Below are positions 9,630-19,254 of a stretch of 64,000 bases of DNA, in pieces. The stretch is from the NCBI GenBank assembly GCA_035627655.1, contig DASPLI010000001.1, positions 112,991 to 176,990 on the forward strand, read 5' to 3'. The position numbers and the translations under genes were made by a program. The notes under the pieces were generated by a model. It was not told the DNA's origin, did no database searches, and saw nothing but the letters and a program-made list of their open reading frames with translations. The DNA comes from Minisyncoccota bacterium (GTDB lineage Bacteria > Patescibacteriota > Minisyncoccia > Phycocordibacterales > Phycocordibacteraceae). Position 1 is the stretch's first letter. Each line of letters opens with the position of its first letter.

Positions 9630-9662
9630 TTTGTGTGTAAGCAAAAAGCGCCCGAAGGCGCT
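9630..9662 (-). terminator. Intrinsic terminator after the TM-helix-repeat membrane protein gene
   Basis: AGCGCC-CGAA-GGCGCT hairpin, followed on the minus strand by TTTTTGCTTAC. Confidence 0.5.
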
Positions 9663-9690
9663 CTTTGCTTCCCGAGTGGGAGAGAAGAAC

Positions 9691-10371
9691 TTAGTCCTTG
9701 ATCTGCTCGCGCATCTTGTCGATGTAGCGAGCGGCAGCTGCCTGGCCGCCAAGGCCGAATGAAAGACCGAAGGCAAGCGCAAGAGCGACCACGACACCCG
9801 TGAAGAGGGTCTGGACGAACGGCGTAACACCGAGCTGATCGAGCGCGGCGAGGATCGCGAAGATCCAGATTGACCAGCGCGCAAGGGCGCCGAGGAAGTT
9901 TGCCGAGCGGAGGTTTGCAGCTGCAGCAGAGCCGGTAACGACGCGCTGTGCTGCTTCTGCAACGACTGCTGCGACAAGCAGGATAAGAACCGCAACGATG
10001 ACCTGCGGGAGGTACCCGAGAACAACGGCGCGGAGGAAGATCGTAACCTCGGTAAGGCCGAGCACATCAAGTGCGGCAACGAGGAAGACGATGATGAAGA
10101 ACCACTTCACGAGCATCCCGAGGAATGCGCCCGCGTTCAGCTTGAAGCCTGCGCGCTCAACGACGCGGTCAACACCTGCGGCGCGAAGGGCCTGATCAAC
10201 CTTGATAGCAGAAATGACCTGCGCAACGACGCGGCCAAGGCCTGCTCCAATGAGCCAACCAATGATGAAGATGATGATCGCAGCTACTAAATTGGGGAGG
10301 AACGCAATCAGTCCGTAGAACAAGTTCTGGAAGGACTGAGTGAGGACATCCGCCCAAGTGGTGAAAAACAT
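9691..10371 (-). CDS. Conserved TM-helix-repeat membrane protein (MscS-like N-terminal module; no MscS beta domain)
   Basis: 226 aa, repeated hydrophobic helices (…NLFYGLIAFLPNLVAAIIIFIIGWLIG… / …FLGALARWSIWIFAILAALDQLGVT…), similar to the PF05552 'conserved TM helix' repeats. The overlapping ORF 9618-10079 is in another frame and rejected. Confidence 0.5.
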   Translation of the reverse strand: MFFTTWADVLTQSFQNLFYGLIAFLPNLVAAIIIFIIGWLIGAGLGRVVAQVISAIKVDQALRAAGVDRVVERAGFKLNAGAFLGMLVKWFFIIVFLVAALDVLGLTEVTIFLRAVVLGYLPQVIVAVLILLVAAVVAEAAQRVVTGSAAAANLRSANFLGALARWSIWIFAILAALDQLGVTPFVQTLFTGVVVALALAFGLSFGLGGQAAAARYIDKMREQIKD

Positions 10372-10563
10372 AGAGTACCGGTTAGGTGGATTAGTTTTGT
10401 AATGCGGGCGCAGGTCAAGGGCCTGCTTCCCTTAAGTGTAGCAGGGGTGACCGTGTCACAAGATAGGCCTGGGGATACGAAAAATGGCGCTTTTTCGGCC
10501 TAGTAGAGGTTGACCCCTCTCTATTCACGTTGTATGGTCCAGTGCAGAAAGAAAGGAGGAGGG

Positions 10564-11094
10564 ATGTTTTTCCAACGTTTCGACACTTGGCTGATTGATC
10601 GCCATTACCAGCGATGGACAGACTGGGTGACAGAAAAGATCGGCACGTCTTCATATACGCTCGCTGCCCTGTGCGGCTTCGTGTACCTGAGCACGTCTAT
10701 TGGCCTTGAAGTCCTCTACGGCTTCATGGGCTGGCTTGCACAGCTTGTGAAAGCACTGCATCTGCTCGTCACCCTCTATCTCGCGCGTAAGGCATACCGG
10801 TTTGCGAAAAATCCGGTTCCGCCGACAGCACGTACTGCAAGTCCACTCCGGCAGTTCATGCCCTGGGGCATGGCTCGCATCATGTACCTTCCGTTCGCCA
10901 TTGTGGTAACGGTACTCATGCTCACCGTTGGTATTGTAAGCGGTCTGCAGTGGCTGCTGCATCCGGTACCCATGTTCATGATCATGAGCAACTGGGGCAT
11001 CGCACTTCTGTACGGGTTTGGCGGTTGCACTCCAAAACCACCAAAACCAAAAGAAGTGTACGTGCCAGCAGGCGCTCTTGAGGGCGCCAGCTAA
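10564..11094 (+). CDS. Hypothetical integral membrane protein
   Basis: Start at MFFQRFDTWLIDRHYQRW, preceded by AGGAGGAGGG. Several TM helices and a Pro/Lys-rich C-terminus (GCTPKPPKPKEVYVP). No family recognised. Confidence 0.5.
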   Translation: MFFQRFDTWLIDRHYQRWTDWVTEKIGTSSYTLAALCGFVYLSTSIGLEVLYGFMGWLAQLVKALHLLVTLYLARKAYRFAKNPVPPTARTASPLRQFMPWGMARIMYLPFAIVVTVLMLTVGIVSGLQWLLHPVPMFMIMSNWGIALLYGFGGCTPKPPKPKEVYVPAGALEGAS

Positions 11095-11100
11095 ACGAAC

Positions 11101-11134
11101 AAGGCCGTGGCAAAATGCCACGGCCTTCTTTCTT
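11101..11134. terminator. Bidirectional intrinsic terminator between convergent genes
   Basis: Perfect hairpin AAGGCCGTGGCA-AAA-TGCCACGGCCTT flanked by T-rich tracts on both strands (CTTTCTT on plus; GTTCGTTT on minus). Confidence 0.6.
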
Positions 11135-11702
11135 ATATGCCAATCTTGTCGATCACCACGCGATGTGGGTAGTCGAGCACGTCGCGAACGAGGCGATCGT
11201 ATACGCCAACCCGATAGCGGAAATCTTCCGTTGAGAAACAGGCGTACCGTAGTTCACGACCAAGTTCCGCCTCAAGCGAGTGAACAACGGTTGCAAGCGT
11301 CCGCTCATCAAGCCGGTCGCCAACAATAAGAATGTCGACTTTTGATTCTGGAACACCGGTAAACAATCCGGAGAGCGCAACAAGCCGGAGTGTGCCTGCC
11401 TTCTTAAGGTTGCTGCTGATGCTTGCGTCGTCAACACCAGAAGACGTTCGCAAGAACGTGCGGAGAGGTTCGTAGTGTGGGAATCGTACGTTTGCAGAAA
11501 ATACCGCGCCCCCCTTCCCTGTCTTCTTTTTGAGAATGGTCGCACCCGCAAGACTCTGTATCTCCCGTCTCGCTGCATCTTTAGAAATCTTGGTGCGCTT
11601 TGCTGCGTCAGCAATCGTGAACGTGTTTTCTTCGTTGAACAGGAACAGGCGAAGCAGTTTTATGCGAGCGGCTGATCCAAAGAGTTTTGCGAGTGGGTCC
11701 AT
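11133..11702 (-). CDS. Winged-helix (wHTH) DNA-binding protein with a C-terminal uncharacterised domain
   Basis: 189 aa. N-terminal ...IKLLRLFLFNEENTFTIADAAKRTKISKDAARREIQSLAGATILKK is a wHTH. The C-terminal half (…VDILIVGDRLDERTLATVVHSLEAELGRELRYACF…) was not recognised. Confidence 0.45.
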   Translation of the reverse strand: MDPLAKLFGSAARIKLLRLFLFNEENTFTIADAAKRTKISKDAARREIQSLAGATILKKKTGKGGAVFSANVRFPHYEPLRTFLRTSSGVDDASISSNLKKAGTLRLVALSGLFTGVPESKVDILIVGDRLDERTLATVVHSLEAELGRELRYACFSTEDFRYRVGVYDRLVRDVLDYPHRVVIDKIGI

Positions 11703-11781
11703 AGGTATAACCCGGCTATTGTACCTACCAGAGACATAAGCTCCAAGAAACTTGCTTTGTCGAGGTTTATGTCGGATAACG

Positions 11782-11810
11782 CAAACGCCCCGCTTTCGCG
11801 GGGCGTTTGC
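11782..11810 (-). terminator. Intrinsic terminator after rplL
   Basis: Perfect hairpin AAACGCCCCGC-TTTC-GCGGGGCGTTT, ~20 nt downstream of the rplL stop. Confidence 0.5.
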
Positions 11811-11827
11811 TTGAAGCCGCTGGTGGG

Positions 11828-12259
11828 TTACTTAAGGGTAACCTTACCGCCTGCCTCTTCAACCTTCTTCTTAAGCTCGTCAGCTTCCTCCTTCTTCATG
11901 CCCGTCTTGAGCATGGCCGGAGCGCCATCAACGAGATCCTTTGCCTCCTTGAGGCCAAGGCCGAGGGCCTCCTTCACGACCTTAATAACGGAGATCTTGT
12001 TTGCACCGCCGTCAGAAAGCTCAACATCGAAGGAAGACTTCTCCTCGCCGCCTGCTGCTGCGCCACCCGCTGCAGGACCTGCAACGGCGACTGCTGCTGC
12101 AGAAACGCCGAACTTCTTCTCAAATACCTTCACGAGCTCAGAGAGTTCGAGAACGGTCATGCTCTCGATCTCCTCAACAAGCTTCTTGAACTTTGCCGGA
12201 ACCTCAACCGCCTCTTCCGGAGAAGCGACAGCGACGTCCTGATTCATTTCATCTGCCAT
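11828..12259 (-). CDS. rplL: 50S ribosomal protein L7/L12
   Basis: 143 aa. ...[27 protein letters not shown]...Ala/Gly-rich hinge...[53 protein letters not shown]. Confidence 0.9.
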   Translation of the reverse strand: MADEMNQDVAVASPEEAVEVPAKFKKLVEEIESMTVLELSELVKVFEKKFGVSAAAVAVAGPAAGGAAAGGEEKSSFDVELSDGGANKISVIKVVKEALGLGLKEAKDLVDGAPAMLKTGMKKEEADELKKKVEEAGGKVTLK

Positions 12260-12281
12260 ATAGGTAGTACTACGTACTTAA

Positions 12282-12773
12282 TTAAGCGCCCTTCTTTTCG
12301 CGAATCTGATCGAGCACGATCGCAAGACCCTGGATCGGGCTGTTGATCACGTTGACGAACATGCCGCGGAGCACTGGTACCGGAGGAATCGTGGCAATTG
12401 CCTTCATGGCAGTTGCGTCGAGGTACTTGCCCTCGAACACGCCGCCAAGAATCGAGATTCCCTCGTGCTTCTTGCCATGTTCCCAAATACCGCGTGCTGC
12501 TGCAGTCGCGTCATCGTTGCTCCACGCAATTGCCACTTCGCCTTCAAGCTCCGGAAGTGTTCCTTCGTATCCACGCTCAGCAAGCGCACGCTTGAGAAGC
12601 GTTTTCTTGGCTACGTAGTAGCCAACTCCCTCATCTTTGAGGGACTTGCGCATTGCGGAGGTGTCCGCGACTGAAATCTTGCCGAAGCGTACGAAGACGA
12701 CGGAAACCGCGTCTTTGATGGCATCTGCCGCTTTCGCGACGATGTCCTGCTTCTTTGCTTTGGTAATTGCCAT
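12282..12773 (-). CDS. rplJ: 50S ribosomal protein L10
   Basis: 163 aa. MAITKAKKQDIVAKAADAIKDAVSVVFVRFGKISVADTSAMRKSLKDEGVGYYVAKKTLLKRAL... Located directly upstream of rplL. Confidence 0.85.
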   Translation of the reverse strand: MAITKAKKQDIVAKAADAIKDAVSVVFVRFGKISVADTSAMRKSLKDEGVGYYVAKKTLLKRALAERGYEGTLPELEGEVAIAWSNDDATAAARGIWEHGKKHEGISILGGVFEGKYLDATAMKAIATIPPVPVLRGMFVNVINSPIQGLAIVLDQIREKKGA

Positions 12774-12920
12774 AATGTGTGGTTCGTACGAGAACGAACA
12801 CGGTCTCCCGTTGTCGGGGAGACCGAGGAGACAGTCGAACAGAAAAGTTTCCTTCTCTGTTCGTCCCTCGGCAGGGCTTATGGATGCCTGCTGTCTTCGG
12901 TCCGTACAGGGGCTACTCTA

Positions 12921-13022
12921 CTAGACCAGGCTGCCGGTGGCAAGGTAGAGGATGCCAAGCGAGAGCGAGATGATAAGAGAGAACCCGCAGGCGAACTTGA
13001 GGAATTCAACGACGTAGTGCAT
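12921..13022 (-). CDS. Possible tiny hydrophobic peptide (33 aa), speculative
   Basis: MHYVVEFLKFACGFSLIISLSLGILYLATGSLV, between the rplJ leader region and the next gene. No clear RBS. Confidence 0.2.
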   Translation of the reverse strand: MHYVVEFLKFACGFSLIISLSLGILYLATGSLV

Positions 13023-13039
13023 CGCCTTTAGGATACCAC

Positions 13040-13660
13040 CTAGCTTGGCGTCTGCTCGAGGAAGAGACGGCAGGTGCCGCTATCGGTCGTGCGGTACGTG
13101 ATTGTGAAGTCGGTGTTGCCGTCAGTGGAGGTTGTCGCACCAGTTATCCGGAAACGGTCTGGGTTCGTGCCGATCATGGCATCAACCTGCGTAGCGCGGA
13201 AGCTTGGGGTCCGCCAGACCTGGTAGAAGTACGCGCGAGTATTATCGACATAGAACGCATACTGAGGAGCTGCTCCGCAGTTCGCGATCACGTTTGCGCC
13301 CGTGTAGGCGGTAAAGTCGTTGAGTCGCTTGAACGTTTCTGCATCTGCATCTGGAACGGCGAGCGCCGCGTTACCCGTGAGCGATCGGAAGAAGACGGTA
13401 TTGTTCTCGATGTAGGAATATTCGTCAACGCGAGTCGCGCCTTGCGGGAGCACGAACGGAAGTTCAGGCGGAAGGACTCCTCCACCAACACGCGGGGTTT
13501 CCGTTTCAGTGCCGGTCGTTTCAGTTGTGGTGGCAACGGTCTCCGGCGTATTGCTCTCAGGAGCTGTAGCTGGTGTCGGCTGACTTACAAACCATGCAAT
13601 GCCGAGGACGATAACAACGGCAAGAGCGGCAAGAATAAGCTGTTTCTGGGAAAGTTTCAT
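13040..13660 (-). CDS. Hypothetical secreted or membrane-anchored protein
   Basis: 206 aa. N-terminal TM/signal KQLILAALAVVIVLGIAWFV, a Thr/Glu/Pro-rich linker, then a globular domain. No family recognised. Confidence 0.5.
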   Translation of the reverse strand: MKLSQKQLILAALAVVIVLGIAWFVSQPTPATAPESNTPETVATTTETTGTETETPRVGGGVLPPELPFVLPQGATRVDEYSYIENNTVFFRSLTGNAALAVPDADAETFKRLNDFTAYTGANVIANCGAAPQYAFYVDNTRAYFYQVWRTPSFRATQVDAMIGTNPDRFRITGATTSTDGNTDFTITYRTTDSGTCRLFLEQTPS

Positions 13661-13676
13661 ACTTCAAGACTATACC

Positions 13677-15659
13677 TTAGAGGTTGGTGAATTTTAAGAC
13701 GGAGATATTCGGGAACTGCCGCTTCTGGCGCTCCAGGTATTCTGCAGCGTCTTTCGTGAATGGGATGTCGGGATTGATGGCAAGCGCTTCTTCCATGAGC
13801 CGATCTGCTTCAGCCAGATTGCCGGCATAGAGCTCTGTGATGGAACCGAGCACATAGGTGACCGGATTCCCGGGCGACAAGTCATAGGATTCTTGTACAA
13901 GAGTACGAGCGTCAGCCAGACGATCCTCTCCAAGTGCCGTCTTCAACAGAAGCAAGTACACGTAATTCATCCGGGCACGGTAATCGTCTGGAATCCGCTC
14001 AAGACGATCTCTGAAGTAGCCTTCGTAGACTGATAGGGTCGAGAGCACGAGATCAATCTTCGCCTGCGACGGCCGCTCAGCAATACTTGCGAGCGCTCCT
14101 TTAACAAAGGAAGCAAATGAAAGACGCAAAGATTCAAAACTTGAAACGCGAGAAAGGGATGCGGCGATCGCAGCACGCTGCTCTTCCGTTGTTGTTACCT
14201 GAATAGTGCGGAAGAGTGCTGATTGACGATTATATTCATCAAGCGCAAGCTTCCCATCAAAAAGCACGAGGAGCACAAGTCCTCCCGCAAGCGCGGTGCG
14301 CACTGACTTCCCCATAGCAAGCTCCTTCCCTTCTCCGCCTCGCTCAAGCGAAAGAGCGTACCCGCCGATAACCGCAAGCAGCGTATAGCTTACGATGGTG
14401 TCGAATCCTGTTTGCATCTGTAAGAGATGTGCCGGCACCACTGCAAAAAGAACAAGCGCTTCCCTGCCAGTAATTCTCCTTTCTCGATACGCTCGATAGA
14501 CCGCAAGCACGTACGCAAGTATGAGAAGTGCAAATGATCCCACACCAAACACTCCACTTACCACCAAAGTGTCGATAAAGACGTTGTGGGCTCGTTCGAA
14601 CCAAATTTCGCCGATGTTTTCTTCGAGAAACACTCGGTTATCAAAGTGGTGCTGGAACGCGAAGTTGAAATTCTCTGGCCCCCAGCCAAAAAGTGGGCGC
14701 TCGACAAACGCATCCATGCTTGTCTGCCAGACGAGCGGACGGGCTGCAGTCGACTCGCGAATGTACGCTTCTTGTACCGCACTTCCGGGGGTAAAGAGCA
14801 TGCCAAGCCCAATTGCAAGACCGACCAAGATAAGAGCGCCGAATCCGACAATACTTTTTATTCGAGTATGTGTCGGGAGAAAGCGCTGTAGTAAGAATGT
14901 TCCAAGGAAGAAGGCAAGAAGTACGTAGAGACTTGCGCTTGAAGCACGAGCAGCACCGAGCAGCGACGCAGGATTAGAGAAGACAGAGAGCAGTGGTGTA
15001 TGACCAAGTACGATACCAACCACATTGGACAAAAGGGGTGAAAGCGCTGCGAGTGCGAGCGATCCAAGGAGTATGAGGCGCCACCGACCGCGTTCCGTTC
15101 GTACAAACTCTATGCAGCCAATAACAAAGGCAAGGAAGAGGAACGCTCCGGCATAGGTTTCATTTCCCATCGAGAGACTTGGAGCTCCGATCGGAACGGT
15201 AAGAAAATGTCCTTCTGCACCCAACCCGTTTACGCCAATAATAGAGAGGAATCCGAAGATGCCGCCGGAAATTGCTATTGCACGGAAAACGAGCGACCAA
15301 TCTTTTTTCCTAAGCAGCATGCCAAGCGAGAGCATGAGCGCCGCCAAGTAACAGAAGAAGAACACGCCGCTTGACCAGAAGATGTCAGACCAGAAGGAGC
15401 GTTCTGGAAAGACACCGAGAAGCGCCGAAACACCCTGCACCAGCAGGACGAGAACGAGCGTGAGCGTGAGCCACGACCGTTTGAGCACTACCCTTCCCTC
15501 ATAGATGCTGCGCGCAAGCAATAAGACAAGAACACTGGCTGAAAGAGCGACGAGAAAGAATTTGCCGTTGACCGCAGGGTAGAAAAAAGTAGCAGGTAGG
15601 AAAAACGGAAGGAGGAACAGAAAGGCGGCGCTCAGGACGCCCGCACCACTGTATTTCAT
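13677..15659 (-). CDS. O-antigen ligase (Wzy_C) family polytopic membrane protein with C-terminal TPR repeats
   Basis: 660 aa, at least 10 TM helices. The periplasmic loop ...PENFNFAFQHHFDNR...AHNVFIDTLVVSGVFGVGSFALLILAY is typical of the PF04932 O-antigen ligase domain. The C-terminal ~200 aa is TPR-like (…YRARMNYVYLLLLKTALGEDRLADARTLVQESYDLSPGNP…AINPDIPF…). Confidence 0.65.
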   Translation of the reverse strand: MKYSGAGVLSAAFLFLLPFFLPATFFYPAVNGKFFLVALSASVLVLLLARSIYEGRVVLKRSWLTLTLVLVLLVQGVSALLGVFPERSFWSDIFWSSGVFFFCYLAALMLSLGMLLRKKDWSLVFRAIAISGGIFGFLSIIGVNGLGAEGHFLTVPIGAPSLSMGNETYAGAFLFLAFVIGCIEFVRTERGRWRLILLGSLALAALSPLLSNVVGIVLGHTPLLSVFSNPASLLGAARASSASLYVLLAFFLGTFLLQRFLPTHTRIKSIVGFGALILVGLAIGLGMLFTPGSAVQEAYIRESTAARPLVWQTSMDAFVERPLFGWGPENFNFAFQHHFDNRVFLEENIGEIWFERAHNVFIDTLVVSGVFGVGSFALLILAYVLAVYRAYRERRITGREALVLFAVVPAHLLQMQTGFDTIVSYTLLAVIGGYALSLERGGEGKELAMGKSVRTALAGGLVLLVLFDGKLALDEYNRQSALFRTIQVTTTEEQRAAIAASLSRVSSFESLRLSFASFVKGALASIAERPSQAKIDLVLSTLSVYEGYFRDRLERIPDDYRARMNYVYLLLLKTALGEDRLADARTLVQESYDLSPGNPVTYVLGSITELYAGNLAEADRLMEEALAINPDIPFTKDAAEYLERQKRQFPNISVLKFTNL

Positions 15660-15768
15660 GTGGGAAGCTTAGCAGTCCCGAAAACAAAAAACCACCCCGT
15701 AGGGTGGTTTTTTGTTTGTTGACCTAGGAATTCCGTAGAACTCCCGAGGCGGTTCCTAAACTAGCGTA

Positions 15769-17739
15769 CTAGTTGAGGTATGCCTGATCCGTCTTGAAGT
15801 CTTCGAGGTTGAAGTCGTAGACGTTGAAGGTGGTCGAATCGTCGGTGTTCCAGCCGATAGCCTTGAGAAGGACACGGTAGAGACCATCATCCGCTGCGTC
15901 GCCGCTGTTGGTGCGAACGACGGTGAGGGTGAAGTCTGCATCCTCGCCTTCCTCGAGCTGTACGCCGTTGGAACCTGCCTCTGCGCCACCTGAGGTGGTG
16001 TAGGTAACACCATCAGAGATGTCGACGACAGTTGCGGTGCTGCCATCCTCTTCAACGAGGTAGCGAACGCCGTCAGTTGCGATGGTTGCATCCGGGATCG
16101 AAGTTGCAATCGTCGGAGCAGCATCGTCAGATACGTAGACCGTATCGCCGAAGGCTTCAACGTTGTACTTGATGCGGAAGGTACCAGAGTCGTTGTCAGC
16201 TGCAGAATCGTTGGCCGTTACTTCCTCAGTTGCTGAGATGAAGGTGACCATGATACCTGCTGCGCGAACTTCGATAGCACCAGCGTTTACGCTGCCGGTG
16301 ACATCAGAGTCGCCGAGCTCTTCACCAGACTCATCTTCTGCGTCGAATTCAGTGTCATCAGTCTGCTCTTCACCGAGGGCGAAGGAGACGGTGTCACCAG
16401 CATCGAGCGTGTCGCCGGTAGAGAAGAAGTCAGCCGTAACAACGACAGACACTTCCTCACCTGCGCCAATGGTCCAGTCAAGGTCATCGAAGACAACCTT
16501 CTCTGCGCTGTTGTCAGAGTCAGAGGTGCTGAGAGACTCAGAAGCAATCTCCTCGCCGTCCACAACGAGGTGGAGGGCAGAGATGAGATCGTCCGGATCG
16601 TTACCCGTACCCTCGGTAGAGGTTACGGATACGACGAGCGAGTCAATGGTGATGTCAGAGTCACCTTCAGCCTCAACGGTGAAGGACATAACCTCAACAT
16701 CATCAGTGTCATCGGTCTCGTCTACATTGATGGTGCGAGCATCGTTGATCGCATCATCATCCTCAGCGAACTTGAGCTCAGTGTCAGACGCCGAAGCGAA
16801 AGATACGAAGCTGAAGGTGCGAGTTGAGGTGCTTGGGTCTTCAGAGACCGTTGCGCCGTCAGCATCGACGAAGCGAATCTGGCGGAAGTCAACCGTCCAG
16901 GTGTCGTTCAAGTCAGAGCTGTCGAGGTTTGCAGCGCCAGTGATGGCAACCGTAAGCTCGCCAGTCTCACCTGCCTCGAGAACTGCGTCATCGAGAGAGA
17001 CAGTCTTGGTCCAGTCGTTGTCGTCGTTGAATTCATCTCCATCAACGCGAGCAACTTCCTCGCCGTCAAACCAGATAGAGACTTCAGAAGCGTAGTCCTC
17101 GAAGTCAGAACCTGCAGTACCCTCATCGAAGACAAGGCGAACTGCAGTGAGTTCAAGGTCAGAGCCATCATCGGCCTCGATCTCAAGACCAGCAATCTCC
17201 TGATCCTCCTCGTCCTCACCGACCTCCTCGTTGTTGAGGGAAGCCATGAGTTCGTAAGAATCTACGGAGCCTGCGCCACCTGAGAGGCCACCGCCGGTAG
17301 AACCGCCAGTAGAGCCGCCGGTAGAACCACCTGCCATGGCGTTAACCTTGGCGCGGGTGATAGGACCGAAGTAGCCAGAAGCTGGCGTAATGCCGTTTGC
17401 AGCCTGGAAGGCAGCAAGAGCTGACTGGGTCTGGGCACCGAAGTATCCGGTTGCGCCAGCTGGGATCGAGTAACCCTTCGAGATGAGCCAGTTCTGGAGA
17501 GCAGTAACCTCAGCACCAGAAGAACCCAAAGTGAGGTCCATGGTGAAGGTCATGCCAGCAGAAGCTGAGCCACCCTGAAGTGCAGCAATCTGAGCAAGAA
17601 GAGCGTTGATCTGAGACTGGAGGTCACCTACCGTCTGTGCGCGGGCCGCAGGGGCAAACGCAGCAAACGAAGAGAACACGAGGCCGAGACCAGCTACAAC
17701 TGCCGCGACGCGTGCAAGTGCATTGCTAGTAGCAATCAT
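15769..17739 (-). CDS. Large secreted, highly acidic low-complexity protein with an N-terminal peptidoglycan-binding domain
   Basis: 656 aa. Signal peptide with ...AARAQTV, a PG_binding_1-like segment (LGSSGAEVTALQNWLISKGYSIPAGATGYFGAQTQSALAAFQAANGI), a GGSTGGSTGGSTGG linker, then ~450 aa extremely D/E/T/S-rich. The antisense ORFs 16163-17095 and others inside it are rejected. Confidence 0.6.
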   Translation of the reverse strand: MIATSNALARVAAVVAGLGLVFSSFAAFAPAARAQTVGDLQSQINALLAQIAALQGGSASAGMTFTMDLTLGSSGAEVTALQNWLISKGYSIPAGATGYFGAQTQSALAAFQAANGITPASGYFGPITRAKVNAMAGGSTGGSTGGSTGGGLSGGAGSVDSYELMASLNNEEVGEDEEDQEIAGLEIEADDGSDLELTAVRLVFDEGTAGSDFEDYASEVSIWFDGEEVARVDGDEFNDDNDWTKTVSLDDAVLEAGETGELTVAITGAANLDSSDLNDTWTVDFRQIRFVDADGATVSEDPSTSTRTFSFVSFASASDTELKFAEDDDAINDARTINVDETDDTDDVEVMSFTVEAEGDSDITIDSLVVSVTSTEGTGNDPDDLISALHLVVDGEEIASESLSTSDSDNSAEKVVFDDLDWTIGAGEEVSVVVTADFFSTGDTLDAGDTVSFALGEEQTDDTEFDAEDESGEELGDSDVTGSVNAGAIEVRAAGIMVTFISATEEVTANDSAADNDSGTFRIKYNVEAFGDTVYVSDDAAPTIATSIPDATIATDGVRYLVEEDGSTATVVDISDGVTYTTSGGAEAGSNGVQLEEGEDADFTLTVVRTNSGDAADDGLYRVLLKAIGWNTDDSTTFNVYDFNLEDFKTDQAYLN

Positions 17740-18347
17740 GTTTTTAAGTTTGTTTTTATCGAAACGCGTGCGACGCGGCTAACTAATAAGGTGCGCCGCG
17801 CGCGCTCCGTTTCAATTGTCTTACTAATGGGTTGTGTCACATTCAGGCACCCGTGGGTGCCGTTTGCGACGGTTCACATCTTTCAGACTAGACCTACAGG
17901 GCGCAGTATCGACCCACGTCCCATAGGCTAGCTGGCAAATTTGGAATCCGTTCCGAGTTCTTCCGTATCTGAAAATGCATCCGTTCCGCGCTCGCCTTCC
18001 TTTTGTGAAGACGAGCATGAAGGCGGTCTATGACCGCTATATTCGCGCATATGCTCAATATCCCTCCCGATTGTAATCGGGAGTAATGAGCACTACGTGA
18101 AGCATGTCAATGACCGCAGGTGCCTTCGCACCCTGCCCTGCCGAAACCCGGAGGCCGTAAGCCCCGCGGGTCCGGTATGCAAAGAAGTATACCGAGCTTC
18201 CGCTTTCCGGAGGGCACAAACGAATGTGGATAACCGCCGAAAGAAACGCAAAATAGACCGCCGAGCGGTCTAGGGGTGCGAGTCTTATCGAGGGGCTCCC
18301 ACGGCGGGATACTAGCCAAATGGACACCTAAAGTCAATCCAGGTTCT

Positions 18348-19124
18348 TTAGGACTTAGCCGCAAGCGTATACGTCGTCCAGCGGCGTTCGCCGGTCTTTT
18401 GGACACGTCCTTCAGACACCAAGGCCTGGAGTTCTCGCTGAATTGTCTTTTCACTTACATCACGAATCATAGTTGATAGATCCTTTATATAGGACGGGCC
18501 CTTGGTTGAAAGGATGGAGAGGATGGCATCCCGCCGCCCGGTCTTTTGCGGCTTGTCCGATATGTGTCCTTTAGATTGTCCTTGATCGGAACTTGGCTTT
18601 GCTGTTCGTTCCAGTACACCTTCTGGTTTATTCGGACGCTCCGTTGTGCGGAACACTGCACGTGAAATAGTCGCTAGCGTCGGAGCTTCTTCAAGGAGAA
18701 CTTTTGGTTCCTCGTACGAAGCAATTTCGTGGAGGAGATGTCCTGCCTCATTACTAATGATTTCGGCATTCATGGGAGACAGGTGTCCGCCGGCTCGTGC
18801 AAGTGCAAGTAAACTACTGAGCGCAAGAAGCTCCCGAGAAAGGGCGTCGCGGGCTTCCATGGGAGGAAGAATAGACGCGTCGATAAGACCCACTGAGACA
18901 CGATCAAGACGTTCTTGAAGTGTCTTTGAATCCTTAAAGGCTGGCGCAATGAGATGTAGTGCCTTTGCAATACGTTCGGCCTTCTTATACAGGTACACCC
19001 TTCTTATGTCCTTATCAAACACGTTAGAAAATATAGATTTCTCAAGGACTAAAGAATCAATACCGGATACCTTTTTTGCATCTTTAGCGGACATAATGTC
19101 CTTTTGTATTTTGCTTTCAGACAT
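18348..19124 (-). CDS. Hypothetical protein with a C-terminal winged-helix DNA-binding domain (putative transcriptional regulator)
   Basis: 258 aa. C-terminus ...RRDAILSILSTKGPSYIKDLSTMIRDVSEKTIQRELQALVSEGRVQKTGERRWTTYTL is a DeoR/HTH_11-like wHTH. The N-terminal ~170 aa is not recognised. Confidence 0.45.
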   Translation of the reverse strand: MSESKIQKDIMSAKDAKKVSGIDSLVLEKSIFSNVFDKDIRRVYLYKKAERIAKALHLIAPAFKDSKTLQERLDRVSVGLIDASILPPMEARDALSRELLALSSLLALARAGGHLSPMNAEIISNEAGHLLHEIASYEEPKVLLEEAPTLATISRAVFRTTERPNKPEGVLERTAKPSSDQGQSKGHISDKPQKTGRRDAILSILSTKGPSYIKDLSTMIRDVSEKTIQRELQALVSEGRVQKTGERRWTTYTLAAKS

Positions 19125-19254
19125 GAAAATTAGTCCTTGAGACAGCCCAAGTATACTCCCCCACCTCGTGTCCGCAAGGACAATGAAATTCCGCGTACTT
19201 ACGCGGTTATACGCAGGTACTGATTAGAGAAGGTGATGATAAAATGAGTGGGAA

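Noticed and set aside
16163-17095. 310-aa plus-strand ORF and other ORFs inside 15769-17739
   Set aside because: Antisense or alternate-frame ORFs within the acidic surface-protein gene; Ser/Thr/Ala-rich artefacts of the repetitive GA-rich coding sequence.
17740-18347. Assigning the structured intergenic region to RNase P RNA, tmRNA or SRP RNA
   Set aside because: No convincing P4 (AGGAAAGUCCGGGCUC / ACAGAAxCCGGCUUA), tmRNA T-arm/acceptor or SRP GGAA-tetraloop motif was found on either strand. It is left unassigned.
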